A stretch of DNA of 64,000 nt, from the NCBI GenBank assembly GCA_965207885.1, contig OZ242311.1, positions 3,136,001-3,200,000 on the forward strand, written 5' to 3'. The notes below the pieces were generated by a model that saw nothing but the letters and a program-made list of their open reading frames with translations, did not search any database and was not told where the DNA came from. Position 1 is the first letter of the stretch. Every line of letters begins with the position of its first letter. This stretch comes from Candidatus Latescibacterota bacterium (lineage in GTDB: Bacteria > Latescibacterota > UBA2968). This document shows, one piece after another, positions 17,121 to 26,955 of the stretch. The position numbers and the translations under genes are program-made.

Positions 17121-19352
17121 TCACCTGAGTTCTACGCATATATCTACAAAATGGATAACGCCAGTGAATTCAAAAGGTGAAACGCCCGCAATGGGTGAAT
17201 GTCGGTTGCGACCGACTTCTACACCGCGCATCTTTGACCTGCGTGTGGCGTCTGGAATTTGGATCGAACCGATTGTCTCGCCATCTCCCGTGAGCGTGAT
17301 GGTTCCTGTGCCATCGTCGGCTGGTTCGAACGCAGCACCCACGGTAATACGACCATTGGGAAGCGTCGTTGTGGAACGACCTGAGATTGTTTGACCCAGC
17401 GCGTTATACACAAAGCACAGTGTGCCATTCTGTATGAATAAAGAAAATCCATCGAGGGATTTTCCCTGGGCATAGATGACGCCTTCGGTTTCTGGCAGGA
17501 TCTCAACTTCGGCAGTTAATGACCAATTTCCCTGTTCCAGTGCGGGCGATTGTTTTGATGCAATGCGAGCCATTGGCGGAACAAAATGATACGTCAGCGA
17601 ATCGGGTTCCGCAGTGGTGGGGCGCGGTGGCAGCCCAGAGCGCAGAGGCAAGACGCCATAGCGTCCGGCTTCTACCCACCATCTTTCAATCAGCTTTTTC
17701 AATTGATCTAGCTCAGCCTTTGCGAGGTTATTGGATTGCGAGAAATCTTCATCGAGATAATACAATTCCCATTCGTCATCATCGTAATCGTCGTCTGGGT
17801 CGTGCCTGGTAACTGCCATCCAGCCGTCGAGCCATAGCGCACGGTTGCCCATCATTTCAAAATACTGAACAGGTTTTTGCGTAGGGCAATCTCTGTCGTC
17901 AAAAGTGTAGGCCAGGCTTGTTCCCGTAATAGGCATCTGATCGTATCCACGATAGCACGACTGAGGCTGTAAATTGAGTACTTCAAGTATTGTTGGTGTG
18001 AGATCTGAAACGAAGTGGAACTGTCCCCTTACACCGCCAGCATCTTTTATAGCTGGGGGATAGTGAATGATCATCGGCACGCGTACACCGCCCGCATGTG
18101 TATCCTGCTTGTACCATGGCAAGGGTGTATTGCCCACCTGAGCCCAACCCCAGGGGATATCAGTGTAGCTGTGCGGGCTCCCGATATCATCCAGTTTTTC
18201 TTGTATGGCATCGAAATCTTCTTCTGGTAAAGCGCGACCAGTTTTCCCGCCTACGGTCTGCCCATTGTTTGCGGCATTGCGCAGGGGACTTGGACCAACG
18301 TTCATAACACCGTAAGGACCACCGTTTTGGCTGGTGCCGTTGTCGGCGGTGAGTATCAGGAGTGTATTATCCAGTTGATCAATAGCGCGCAGATGTTCGA
18401 TCAGTCGTCCGATTTGTGCATCCGTATGCTCAAGGAAACCTGCCCATGTTTCCTGCAGCCGGCACACGAAATTCTTTTCATTCTGGCTCAGTGTTTCCCA
18501 GGGCTGTACACCGGGATTCCTGGGTGGCAGGCGAGTGCCGTCAGGGATAATCCCAAGTTCGGTTTGCTTTTGAAAATAGCGCGCACGGATAACGTCCCAC
18601 CCTTCGTCAAAATGTCCTTTGTATTTATCGATGTATTCTTTTGGCGCTTGATGTGGGTTATGCATAGCACCGGGCGCGAAGTACATGAAGAACGGTGTTT
18701 CGGGACGCATGGCCTTGAGGTCATTGACAAACTCGATGGCGTGATCTACCAGATCCTCTGTGAGGTGATAACCTTCTTCAGGCGTTTTTGGGGGCGATAC
18801 AGGGTGGTTGTCATAGGTCAGTTCTGGATAAAACTGATCGGTTGCACCGGGTAAGAATCCGTAGAAGCGATCGAACCCGCGCTGTAATGGCCATTCTTCA
18901 CGAGATCCACCAGCCGAGTTCTGTGTGCTGGGGTTGAGATGCCATTTGCCGAGAGCAAAGGTGGCGAAGCCTTCTTCGCTCAGCATTTCTGCCAGGGTAG
19001 CTGCGTGCCGACTAACGCGACTCCGTCGGTTGGGAAATCCAGCATCACCACCATCGACAATGGTCGACATACCAACGGCATGATGGTTACGACCTGTCAA
19101 CAGCGACGCTCGGGTCGGAGAACACAGGGGCGTAACATGGAAGTTATTGTACCGCAGCCCATTTTCTGAGAGCGCGTCCATGTTTGGTGTTTCGATTGTC
19201 GAACCATAACAACCCAGATTGCCGAATCCGGTATCATCCAGAAGAATTACAAGGACGTTTGGGGCACCGTCTGACGATGGGGGGGAAAGCCAATCTGGTT
19301 CCGAATCCTTGTAGGAGATGCCTATCTTGCCACGAAAATTTGATTCCATCAT
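17121..19352 (-). CDS. Arylsulfatase (Cys-type, formylglycine-dependent) with C-terminal LamG-like domain
   Basis: PNVLVILLDDTG, CSPTRASLLTGR, GKWHL, ADNG, GGVRVPMII; no signal peptide. Confidence 0.93.
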   Translation of the reverse strand: MMESNFRGKIGISYKDSEPDWLSPPSSDGAPNVLVILLDDTGFGNLGCYGSTIETPNMDALSENGLRYNNFHVTPLCSPTRASLLTGRNHHAVGMSTIVDGGDAGFPNRRSRVSRHAATLAEMLSEEGFATFALGKWHLNPSTQNSAGGSREEWPLQRGFDRFYGFLPGATDQFYPELTYDNHPVSPPKTPEEGYHLTEDLVDHAIEFVNDLKAMRPETPFFMYFAPGAMHNPHQAPKEYIDKYKGHFDEGWDVIRARYFQKQTELGIIPDGTRLPPRNPGVQPWETLSQNEKNFVCRLQETWAGFLEHTDAQIGRLIEHLRAIDQLDNTLLILTADNGTSQNGGPYGVMNVGPSPLRNAANNGQTVGGKTGRALPEEDFDAIQEKLDDIGSPHSYTDIPWGWAQVGNTPLPWYKQDTHAGGVRVPMIIHYPPAIKDAGGVRGQFHFVSDLTPTILEVLNLQPQSCYRGYDQMPITGTSLAYTFDDRDCPTQKPVQYFEMMGNRALWLDGWMAVTRHDPDDDYDDDEWELYYLDEDFSQSNNLAKAELDQLKKLIERWWVEAGRYGVLPLRSGLPPRPTTAEPDSLTYHFVPPMARIASKQSPALEQGNWSLTAEVEILPETEGVIYAQGKSLDGFSLFIQNGTLCFVYNALGQTISGRSTTTLPNGRITVGAAFEPADDGTGTITLTGDGETIGSIQIPDATRRSKMRGVEVGRNRHSPIAGVSPFEFTGVIHFVDICVELR

Positions 19353-19450
19353 TCTACCACATCCATTTCTTCTGCCCACGATTGAAGGTCAGCCATCAGT
19401 TGATCTCTGAGTTCAGGATTCTGAATTGTTTGTCCTGAAGTATAATAACC
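19349..19450 (-). pseudogene. Possible C-terminal remnant of a deleted (sulfatase-like) gene
   Basis: Stop-free frame reading ...QNPELRDQLMADLQSWAEEMDVVE*, whose TGA overlaps the sulfatase ATG (ATGA), as for a formerly coupled upstream gene. Confidence 0.4.
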
Positions 19451-20575
19451 TCAGGCGATTATTGGCTTGTTGGTCAGCAGTGCCGTTATATCCTTCTGTT
19501 CTCTATCATTTAGTTCATTGAAAAAGGGACTCTCCACGAGGCGTTCATACGTGGCTGTGGTGTCGTTTTTGGGCAGAACATCTGGTGCTTGGAACGATTG
19601 TAGCATTGCAGCTCTTTTCTGCTGGCTGCGGTTGATGCCTGCTCGATGCCACATCCTGGCATCGTAGAGGATGACGCTACCACCGGGCGCTTCTATCACA
19701 TCGGCTTCAGGGCCGTGATAGGGAAAGCGACTCGCTTGTGTGTCGTTCCACTCTGGTGGTGGGGGTGTGTCTGATAGATGTGAGCCCAGTTTAAATGCTG
19801 TTGCACCGCGAATCTTGGTAAAGTCAGACACACAGACATTGCGTTGCATGGCCTTAATGGGTCCCTTTCTATCGGGAGGCTCATTGCCACCGGTTGACGC
19901 CGAATAGGGAAAATCAGAGTGCCAACCGCCCAGTTTTCTTTTGCCATCATCCGGGTACTCGATTCTAAAACCGGGTGGATGCGAGAGGTGTAAATCGGGG
20001 GATCCCATATACTGCCTGGCCAACCAAATGGAGATGGGCTCAATGGTTGCTCTGGCAACAGATACACTCTGACAGATCCTGGGTATGTCGGTGTTCATTT
20101 CCAAGTGTTCGTAACGATCTGTACCGGCGACGCGTTCCATATCTTCTAAAATGTCTGGCGGCAGAATACAGGTCAGACAGACCCACCCTTCGCGCTTTAA
20201 GTGTTCGAGATATTCAGACGGCAATTTTTCAGGGCCGTGATAGGTGGTGAAGGTCATCTCGTCTGAACCGACAGACAATGTGCAGACATCCTCATCGATA
20301 TCTGTGGATACATCTTTACCGGTTGCCACGTGCTTTATGCCTTCTGGTGTGCGATCCCAGATCACACGATCGTCGGCTTCGTCGTGCAAGGCGAGTTCGC
20401 TACTTTCATCAAGGCCGAGCATAGAACCGTCAGGTGCAATCAGAAATACGAAGTGACGTTTTGGAGGCTCTATCTTTACGACACGCTCCTGAAATTCCTG
20501 TTCCATTTGATGTCGCGCATGATCGCACGTTTTCTCGTTTGGATCAAATTTGGAGATGGTCAGAACGCGTTTCAT
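19451..20575 (-). CDS. Phytanoyl-CoA dioxygenase (PhyH) family Fe(II)/2-oxoglutarate oxygenase with N-terminal extension
   Basis: WHSD (HxD), DFTKIRGAT, APGGSVILYDARMWHRAGINRS..R motifs. Confidence 0.85.
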   Translation of the reverse strand: MKRVLTISKFDPNEKTCDHARHQMEQEFQERVVKIEPPKRHFVFLIAPDGSMLGLDESSELALHDEADDRVIWDRTPEGIKHVATGKDVSTDIDEDVCTLSVGSDEMTFTTYHGPEKLPSEYLEHLKREGWVCLTCILPPDILEDMERVAGTDRYEHLEMNTDIPRICQSVSVARATIEPISIWLARQYMGSPDLHLSHPPGFRIEYPDDGKRKLGGWHSDFPYSASTGGNEPPDRKGPIKAMQRNVCVSDFTKIRGATAFKLGSHLSDTPPPPEWNDTQASRFPYHGPEADVIEAPGGSVILYDARMWHRAGINRSQQKRAAMLQSFQAPDVLPKNDTTATYERLVESPFFNELNDREQKDITALLTNKPIIA

Positions 20576-20614
20576 CTGTCAATCCTTAGCTGTGTGGACA
20601 TGTATTTTTTTAAG

Positions 20615-20687
20615 TGCCCCTGGCAGGACTCGAACCTGCGGCCAACGGATTAGGAATCCGCTACTCTATCCTCTGAGCTACAGGGGC
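20615..20687 (-). tRNA. tRNA-Arg (anticodon CCT)
   Basis: GCCCCTG TAGCTCAGAGGATAGAG TA GCGGA TTCCTAA TCCGT TGGCC GCAGG TTCGAGT CCTGC CAGGGGC A forms a full cloverleaf; CCA not encoded. Confidence 0.97.
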
Positions 20688-20695
20688 ACACAATA

Positions 20696-21208
20696 TCAAT
20701 AATGAATCAGCGTGTGAATAGGCCAATCTCCAAGTTTTTCGCGCCCGTTTAAATAGTCCAATTCAATAACAAAAGAGATACCGACGATTTTCCCTTTGAG
20801 TTCAGATACGAGCTGACACGCAGCAGCCATTGTGCCACCGGTTGCCAGCAGATCATCCACGAGCGCGATCTTCTGTCCTTTGGCGATTGCGTCTGTGTGA
20901 ATTTCAATCCTGTCTGTTCCGTATTCCAATTCGTATTCCGCAGAGATCGCGTCTGCCGGTAGCTTGCCGGGTTTGCGGATCGGCACAAAGCCCACACCGA
21001 GTTCTCGCGCGAGTGCGGTACCAAAAATAAAACCACGCGACTCAATTCCCACAACGAGATCGACAGCCCCGTTGCGATAGGGTTGTGCGAGTTGTTCTAT
21101 CGATGCGCGAAGCGCGTCCGCATCGGCAATCAGAGTCGTAATATCTTTGAACAAGATACCCGCTTTGGGAAAGTCCGGCACCTCGCGAATAAATTCTTTT
21201 AAGTCCAC
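20696..21208 (-). CDS. apt: Adenine phosphoribosyltransferase
   Basis: VPDFPKAGILFKDIT, GIESRGF, RKPGKLP, LEYG, VDDLLATGGT. Confidence 0.97.
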   Translation of the reverse strand: MDLKEFIREVPDFPKAGILFKDITTLIADADALRASIEQLAQPYRNGAVDLVVGIESRGFIFGTALARELGVGFVPIRKPGKLPADAISAEYELEYGTDRIEIHTDAIAKGQKIALVDDLLATGGTMAAACQLVSELKGKIVGISFVIELDYLNGREKLGDWPIHTLIHY

Positions 21209-21240
21209 TATTTTCTCCCCTAAAATTTACTAAAAAAACG

Positions 21241-22437
21241 CATAGTACACGACAAAACCTAAATCGGGTTAAAATCTGGCGGATTAATCAGTAAACGAAT
21301 GCATTTGAGGAACTGCTGGGCTTGTTGGTGTATATTGAGCAGGACATACTGCAAATAGTCCAACCCATATCGGAAGAGACTTTTTTCCATCCGTCCGTGG
21401 TTTTTGACCTTCAAAGGTTTTGTAAGGGCGATCCATTCGCCGATGATATGGGCCCAGGTGCAGGCAATAGCCAAAAGCGCGATGAGTTTTTCAATGCGAT
21501 CTTGATGTATAAGGTGGGTCTCTTCCAGATTAAATCCTCGACTTTTCAAATTTGCAAAAAGGACTTCAATGCCCCAACGTTTTTTATACACCTCCAATGC
21601 GACTTGACGTTGTTGGTTGCTTGCAAGAATGAGGTATTGATCCTTCAATCTTAGCGCAGACACATACACAGGTAGGTCATAAACGCGGCGAGGTCTTTGT
21701 AGGCTGACCTGCTGATGGATGTGCAAATTTTCAAAGAGTTTTTTTATGGGTATCTCTCTATCTGCCCTTGAGACAAGGGCATTTTCCTTGATGCGGATGA
21801 CAAAAGGGATGTTTTGTGTGTCTAACCACGCAAACCATTCTCTTCCAATGAATTCTCTATCTGCCAATACAACGCGGATATGAGACTTGGGAATGCGCGT
21901 AAGCACCTGTTTCATCAAATTGATACGCTCATCACTATTGGAATTGCCTCGTTTTTTTAACAAGTGCCAACACATAGGAAAGGCGACCCCTTCATAGATA
22001 ATGCCTGCGGTTAGGATGTTGATATTGAATTTGCCTAACTTCCAATTAGTGCGATCTATTGAGACTGCAAAATCGGTCTTTATAGGTAATAAGTGCAAGA
22101 TCAGTCGCGTCACGGCTTCATAAGGAATGTCAAACTCAGCGAAAAAACGCTGTATCCTGCGGTAATTTGATTGCGGTTTGACCTGTCCATTTAGCGCATT
22201 AGCCAATTTGGCGAAGTTGACCCTGCTCAGCTTGACCAAAGACAAGATGAAGGCCGCTGTGAAAGTGATGCGTGCTTTATGCCACCCAAAATGGCCTTGC
22301 AATACATGGTGAAGTTGTATAACTTGACGAGACATAGACCTGTGCCTTGTTGAGATGAGAAGGTTCGTTTTCACACATTCAAACCTAACTCTTTTTCACG
22401 TTTTGCACAGGTCTTTTATTTTTTGTCGTGTACTTTA
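21241..22437 (-). mobile_element. Complete IS4-family insertion sequence (1197 bp)
   Basis: Terminal inverted repeats CATAGTACACGACAAAA (21241-21257) and TTTTGTCGTGTACTTTA (22421-22437), 14-bp perfect core. Flanked by the 9-bp direct repeat AAAAAAACG (21232-21240 and 22438-22446). Confidence 0.93.
21259..22374 (-). CDS. IS4-family DDE transposase
   Basis: IDRTNWKLG (D), LADREFIG (D), YKKRWGIEVLFANLKSRGFNLE (Y-R-E-K signature); uninterrupted ORF. Confidence 0.95.
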   Translation of the reverse strand: MKTNLLISTRHRSMSRQVIQLHHVLQGHFGWHKARITFTAAFILSLVKLSRVNFAKLANALNGQVKPQSNYRRIQRFFAEFDIPYEAVTRLILHLLPIKTDFAVSIDRTNWKLGKFNINILTAGIIYEGVAFPMCWHLLKKRGNSNSDERINLMKQVLTRIPKSHIRVVLADREFIGREWFAWLDTQNIPFVIRIKENALVSRADREIPIKKLFENLHIHQQVSLQRPRRVYDLPVYVSALRLKDQYLILASNQQRQVALEVYKKRWGIEVLFANLKSRGFNLEETHLIHQDRIEKLIALLAIACTWAHIIGEWIALTKPLKVKNHGRMEKSLFRYGLDYLQYVLLNIHQQAQQFLKCIRLLINPPDFNPI

Positions 22438-22720
22438 AAAAAAACGTTATATCAAACGCAGCATCCCTGTGGTTCGCAGGTATCTCGGCGATCTTAAAAT
22501 CCAGGACGCGAGACGCAGGAGGTCCTCGTCTTATCACTTCTACAAATGCATCAACGTGAGCTTCATCCCCCTCTGCTTCAGCCTCAACATCGCCATTGGA
22601 TAAATTTTTTACCCATCCGACCAGCCCGTGGCGCTCGCCTTCTCGCTGTGTGAAATAGCGGAATCCAACGCCCTGAACCCGTCCGCTGATTATCATGCGA
22701 ACGCGCTTGATATTACCCAT
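22385..22720 (-). CDS. acyP: Acylphosphatase, C-terminally extended by IS sequence
   Basis: ISGRVQGVGFR, GWVKN, GPPASRV; the last 17 residues are read from the IS end. Confidence 0.93.
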   Translation of the reverse strand: MGNIKRVRMIISGRVQGVGFRYFTQREGERHGLVGWVKNLSNGDVEAEAEGDEAHVDAFVEVIRRGPPASRVLDFKIAEIPANHRDAAFDITFFLKYTTKNKRPVQNVKKS

Positions 22721-25574
22721 CGCCCTTATCCAGGGCGTCTGCTAATACCTCAGCGGGATGACGGGCAGTGCGACCTGTAGCGTGTGCAATCTGCTGCCTG
22801 CACGACAACCCTGCTGCGGCAATTTCAGTTGTGTTATCTGCGTCGCGAACCACCTGAAGCAGCCGCGACTCGCCCACTTTGAGCGACACGTCGTAGTGCT
22901 CGGCTTCATAGCCAAAAGAACCCGCCATGCCGCAACAACCCGACTGAATGGGCGTCACGGAAAAGCCCTCGGGCATTCCCAACGCAACCTCAGACGGCCC
23001 TATTCCCCACAGAGCCTTCTGGTGGCAGTGGCCGTGGAGCAAGATGTCTTTTTTCAGATCGGTAAATGGCACGGAAAATTCGCCCCGTTCGGAAAACGTC
23101 TGCACAAATGCTTCGAAAGTATAAATATTGTCGGCTACGGCACGCACGCGCGGATCGTCAATTAAATCGCCGTATTCATCCGTGAACATCGAAACACACG
23201 ACGGTTCAAATCCCACAATGGGATACCCCTGCTCGGTATATTGATAGAGATTTTCAATATTAAACAGGGCGTTTTCTTTTACGCGGTCGATATAGCCGCT
23301 CGAAAGCATCGGCCGGCCACAACATCGCTTTACAGCCAAAATCACCTCATAACCCGCTGCTTCAAACAAGGCCGTGGCTGCCTTGCCAATTTCGGGATAG
23401 TTGTAGATCATATACGTATCGGCAAAAAACACAACGCGTTTATTTTTTGAAGGCGCATTGCGACTGGCGAACCAGTGTGTAAATGTCTGACGAGCAAATG
23501 GCGGCAGTGACCGCGCAGGCGCGATCCCGAGGCGTTTCATCATCCACTTTGAAATACCCGTCCTGGACAGACGATTGGCAAGGGGTGCGACGAGACATCC
23601 GAGTTTGCCCATCAATTCCACATTGCCAAATAAAAGAGACCGCAATGGTCGCCCGTGTTTGGCGTAATAATGCGCCTTAAATTCATACTTAATTTTTGCC
23701 ATATCCACATTGGATGGGCACTCGGCTTTGCATGCCTTACATTCCAGACAAAGCGCGAGCACATCGTTGATGCGATGATCCGTAAGCCCGCCTTCCCACC
23801 GTCCCGAAATCGCCGCTCGAAGCGCGTTTGCCCGCCCTCGCGTCGAATGTTCTTCTTCCAGCGTTGCCATATAAGACGGACACATCGTGCCCACCAGCTT
23901 TTTGCGACACTCGCCCACCCCATTGCACATTTCAATGGCGCGGTGAAATCCCCCATCGGCAGAAAAATCGAAGTGGGTATTTATCTCGTGCGTGCGATAA
24001 TCTGCTCCATAACGCAAATTTTCGGTCATCATCGGCGCATCGACAATTTTGCCGGGATTCATCAGCCCTTTGGGATCAAAAGCGCGTTTGACCTCCCGAA
24101 AAGCCTCGTAAAGTGTTGTGCCAAAGAACGTTTCGTTCCAACAACTCCGAACCAGGCCATCGCCGTGTTCTCCGCTTACGGCACCGCCGTATTTCATCAC
24201 CAGATCGCGTACAGATTCAGCGATAAATCGCATTTTGGCGATCTCGTCGGCCTCTTTGAGATTGACCATTGGCCGGACGTGCAGCAAGCCCACGCTGGCG
24301 TGTGCATAATAACCCGCACGCGTGTTGAGAGATTTCACCAGCGCTCCAAACTCGGAAATATAATCGGGTAGCCTTTCCGGTGGAACCGCGGCGTCTTCGA
24401 CAAAAGCAATGGGTTTGGAATCGCCTTTTACGCCCATGAGCAGACCCAGCCCTGCCTTGCGCACATTCCAAACATTGGCCTGTTCGGCATCGGAAACAGC
24501 ACGAGAAAAAGTACATTCAAGATTCTGATTGCCCAACAGCGCTTCGAGTTCGTCCAGCTTAGGAACCAACTCACCTTCTGAATCACCGTAGTATTCAACA
24601 GCCAGAACAGCCTCTGGGTCCCCCTGCACCCAGGAACGCATCCTGGACAATTCCATAGACCCTCTGGTCTGATCGAGAATCATCTTATCGATCAACTCTA
24701 CTGCGGCAGGAGCCGTTTCTAAGATCGGCGCAACAGCCTTCATAGACGCAATCAGGTCGTTAAATTGGACAATGCCCAGCACCTTTGCCTGTGGCAGTGG
24801 AATTACCTTGAGCTTTGCCCCGACAACGGTCGCCAGAGTCCCCTCAGACCCAATGACCATGCGCGCGAGATTAAACGGTTGTTTTTTGATAAATTCATCG
24901 AGATTATATCCGCCGACCCGCCGCAAAATTTTGGGATATCGCCGCTCAATTTCTTCCGCATTCTCCCGAGCTATGCGGATTACCTCCCTATACGCCTGGC
25001 CTTCGAGGTCTTGTCGCTCGCATTTTTGTTGCACAGCAGACTCGTCTAACTCCCCCACCGTTATTTCTGTACCATCGGACAAGATTAAATCGAGTTCTAA
25101 TACGTGATCTATAGTCTTGCCGTAAATAACCGAATGCGCGCCCGCAGAATTATTGGCCACCATGCCCCCGATTGTCGCGCGGCTGCTGGTCGCCACATCG
25201 GGCGCAAATTGCAATCCGTGTGGTTTGAGAAAGGCATTGAGTTCATCGAGTATCACGCCAGGCTCAACCCTGATCCAACCTTCTTCGGCATTGAAGTCGA
25301 GAATGCGATTCATGTATTTCGACATATCCATCACAATACCGCTACCCACCACGCCGCCGGCAAGCCCGGTGCCACCGCCTCTGGGGATGAGCGGCGCATC
25401 GTGTTCATTGGCGAGGTTGATGACATGCAAAACATCCTGTTTGTGTTTGGGCAAAACAACGCCAAAGGGTTCAATTTGATACATGCTTGCATCAGTGCTG
25501 TAAAGAATGCGCGACATCTTATCAAAACGGACTTCGCCCTCAATTTTTTGCATCAACATTCCCGCGAGGTTCAT
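22713..25574 (-). CDS. FAD-binding and 4Fe-4S oxidoreductase (GlcD/GlcF-GlpC fusion, YdiJ-like 2-hydroxyacid dehydrogenase)
   Basis: RGGGTGLAG, GSEGTL, HASVGLLHVRP, SGEHGDG, CNGVGEC, CLECKACKAECP, CCG domains, HGHCHQ. Confidence 0.92.
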   Translation of the reverse strand: MNLAGMLMQKIEGEVRFDKMSRILYSTDASMYQIEPFGVVLPKHKQDVLHVINLANEHDAPLIPRGGGTGLAGGVVGSGIVMDMSKYMNRILDFNAEEGWIRVEPGVILDELNAFLKPHGLQFAPDVATSSRATIGGMVANNSAGAHSVIYGKTIDHVLELDLILSDGTEITVGELDESAVQQKCERQDLEGQAYREVIRIARENAEEIERRYPKILRRVGGYNLDEFIKKQPFNLARMVIGSEGTLATVVGAKLKVIPLPQAKVLGIVQFNDLIASMKAVAPILETAPAAVELIDKMILDQTRGSMELSRMRSWVQGDPEAVLAVEYYGDSEGELVPKLDELEALLGNQNLECTFSRAVSDAEQANVWNVRKAGLGLLMGVKGDSKPIAFVEDAAVPPERLPDYISEFGALVKSLNTRAGYYAHASVGLLHVRPMVNLKEADEIAKMRFIAESVRDLVMKYGGAVSGEHGDGLVRSCWNETFFGTTLYEAFREVKRAFDPKGLMNPGKIVDAPMMTENLRYGADYRTHEINTHFDFSADGGFHRAIEMCNGVGECRKKLVGTMCPSYMATLEEEHSTRGRANALRAAISGRWEGGLTDHRINDVLALCLECKACKAECPSNVDMAKIKYEFKAHYYAKHGRPLRSLLFGNVELMGKLGCLVAPLANRLSRTGISKWMMKRLGIAPARSLPPFARQTFTHWFASRNAPSKNKRVVFFADTYMIYNYPEIGKAATALFEAAGYEVILAVKRCCGRPMLSSGYIDRVKENALFNIENLYQYTEQGYPIVGFEPSCVSMFTDEYGDLIDDPRVRAVADNIYTFEAFVQTFSERGEFSVPFTDLKKDILLHGHCHQKALWGIGPSEVALGMPEGFSVTPIQSGCCGMAGSFGYEAEHYDVSLKVGESRLLQVVRDADNTTEIAAAGLSCRQQIAHATGRTARHPAEVLADALDKGDG

Positions 25575-25598
25575 CGTCAATAATCCTCTCTTGATAAC

Positions 25599-25626
25599 TT
25601 GACAATCAATCTATAAATCGTACCTT
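25599..25626 (+). promoter_or_regulatory. Candidate sigma70 promoter for the aminotransferase gene
   Basis: TTGACA, 16-nt spacer, TACCTT in the divergent intergenic region; AAGGAG RBS downstream. Confidence 0.35.
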
Positions 25627-25710
25627 GAATTGGATTGCAAATTAAATATACATCCCGCCTGACTACGGGTCAAGGCGCGTTGTCTCCACTGTCCAACTAA
25701 GGAGCTTTAC

Positions 25711-26943
25711 ATGTCAGAAACACTCGCAATAGATGGTGGTGTTCCCGTGCGCGATACCGAAGCGTCGCAGTGGCCGACATGGCCGGATAACACAGAACGA
25801 GAATGGGAAGAAGAAATCGTTCCCATCCTCAAAGAAGTCTATCTCGATCAAACCGAAGGTCTTCCCGCACCTGTGGGACACCGCTTTGGTCAGGCATTTG
25901 CCGCCTATTGCGATGCGGCTTATGGCGTGATGATGCCCAGCGGAACCACATCTATTGCGGCTGGATTATCCGCCGCACTCGACCTCGATGGCCTCGTCGA
26001 TGGCGGCGAAGTCATCATTCCCAATTACACTTTTATTGCGACTGCAAGTGCGCCCCTCTCTGTGCGGTGCTCTCTGGCTCTGGTCGATATTGATCCGGTG
26101 AGTTTTACCATGTCGCCAGAAGCTGTCGAAGCTGCCATCACAGATCAGACCGTTGCGCTCCTTCCCGTTCACCTGGGGGGACACCCGGCCGATATGGATG
26201 CACTCAATGATATTGCGGATAAGTACAACCTCAAAGTCATCGAAGACTGCGCTCAAGCGCACGGCGCCGAGCACAAAGGCCGCAAAGTGGGATCTCTGGG
26301 CCATGTGGGCGCATTCAGCTTTCAGTCGAGCAAAAACTTGACCTCGGGCGAAGGTGGGTGTCTTCTGACCAATGATCGAGACCTCAGAGATCGGGCATGG
26401 GCATTCCGAGATGTAGGGCGGCGACCTGGAGGTGAGCGATGGGAATATCCCCGCCTGGGCTGGAATTATCGCACCTCTGAGTATCTGGCAGGTATCCTGT
26501 TAAAGCGACTGTCCAAACTCGAACCTCAAATCGATTTGCGCAATAAAAATGCAGCTTATCTCAGCAAGGGCCTGGACGAAATTGGCGGACTGGAACCACC
26601 TCGATGGCATCCCTGGGTCACGCAGCACGGCTATCACCTGTATATGATGCGCTACAACAGCGAGGCATTTGGAGGGAAATCACGCGATGAATTTATCGCG
26701 GCCTTACAGGCCGAAGGTATTCCCTGCACACCTGGCTATCAGCGGCCCTTAACCGATGAAGGCGGTCTCAAAACCGTGATGGATCGACATCCACACCTGA
26801 TTCGCCGTTTGCCGTGTCCTCATGTGGAAGCAATATGCGCCTCCAGTGTCTGGTTCTTGCAAAACATGCTGCTGGGCGAACGGGAAGACATGGACGATAT
26901 TTTAATAGCTGTCGCCAAAATCAAACGCGCGTTTGCTGCTTGA
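25711..26943 (+). CDS. DegT/DnrJ/EryC1/StrS family PLP-dependent aminotransferase
   Basis: TFIATA, PVHLGG, IEDCAQAHG, FSFQSSKNLTSGEGG (PLP lysine), GWNYR. Confidence 0.93.
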   Translation: MSETLAIDGGVPVRDTEASQWPTWPDNTEREWEEEIVPILKEVYLDQTEGLPAPVGHRFGQAFAAYCDAAYGVMMPSGTTSIAAGLSAALDLDGLVDGGEVIIPNYTFIATASAPLSVRCSLALVDIDPVSFTMSPEAVEAAITDQTVALLPVHLGGHPADMDALNDIADKYNLKVIEDCAQAHGAEHKGRKVGSLGHVGAFSFQSSKNLTSGEGGCLLTNDRDLRDRAWAFRDVGRRPGGERWEYPRLGWNYRTSEYLAGILLKRLSKLEPQIDLRNKNAAYLSKGLDEIGGLEPPRWHPWVTQHGYHLYMMRYNSEAFGGKSRDEFIAALQAEGIPCTPGYQRPLTDEGGLKTVMDRHPHLIRRLPCPHVEAICASSVWFLQNMLLGEREDMDDILIAVAKIKRAFAA

Positions 26944-26955
26944 GAGGCTTATGAC

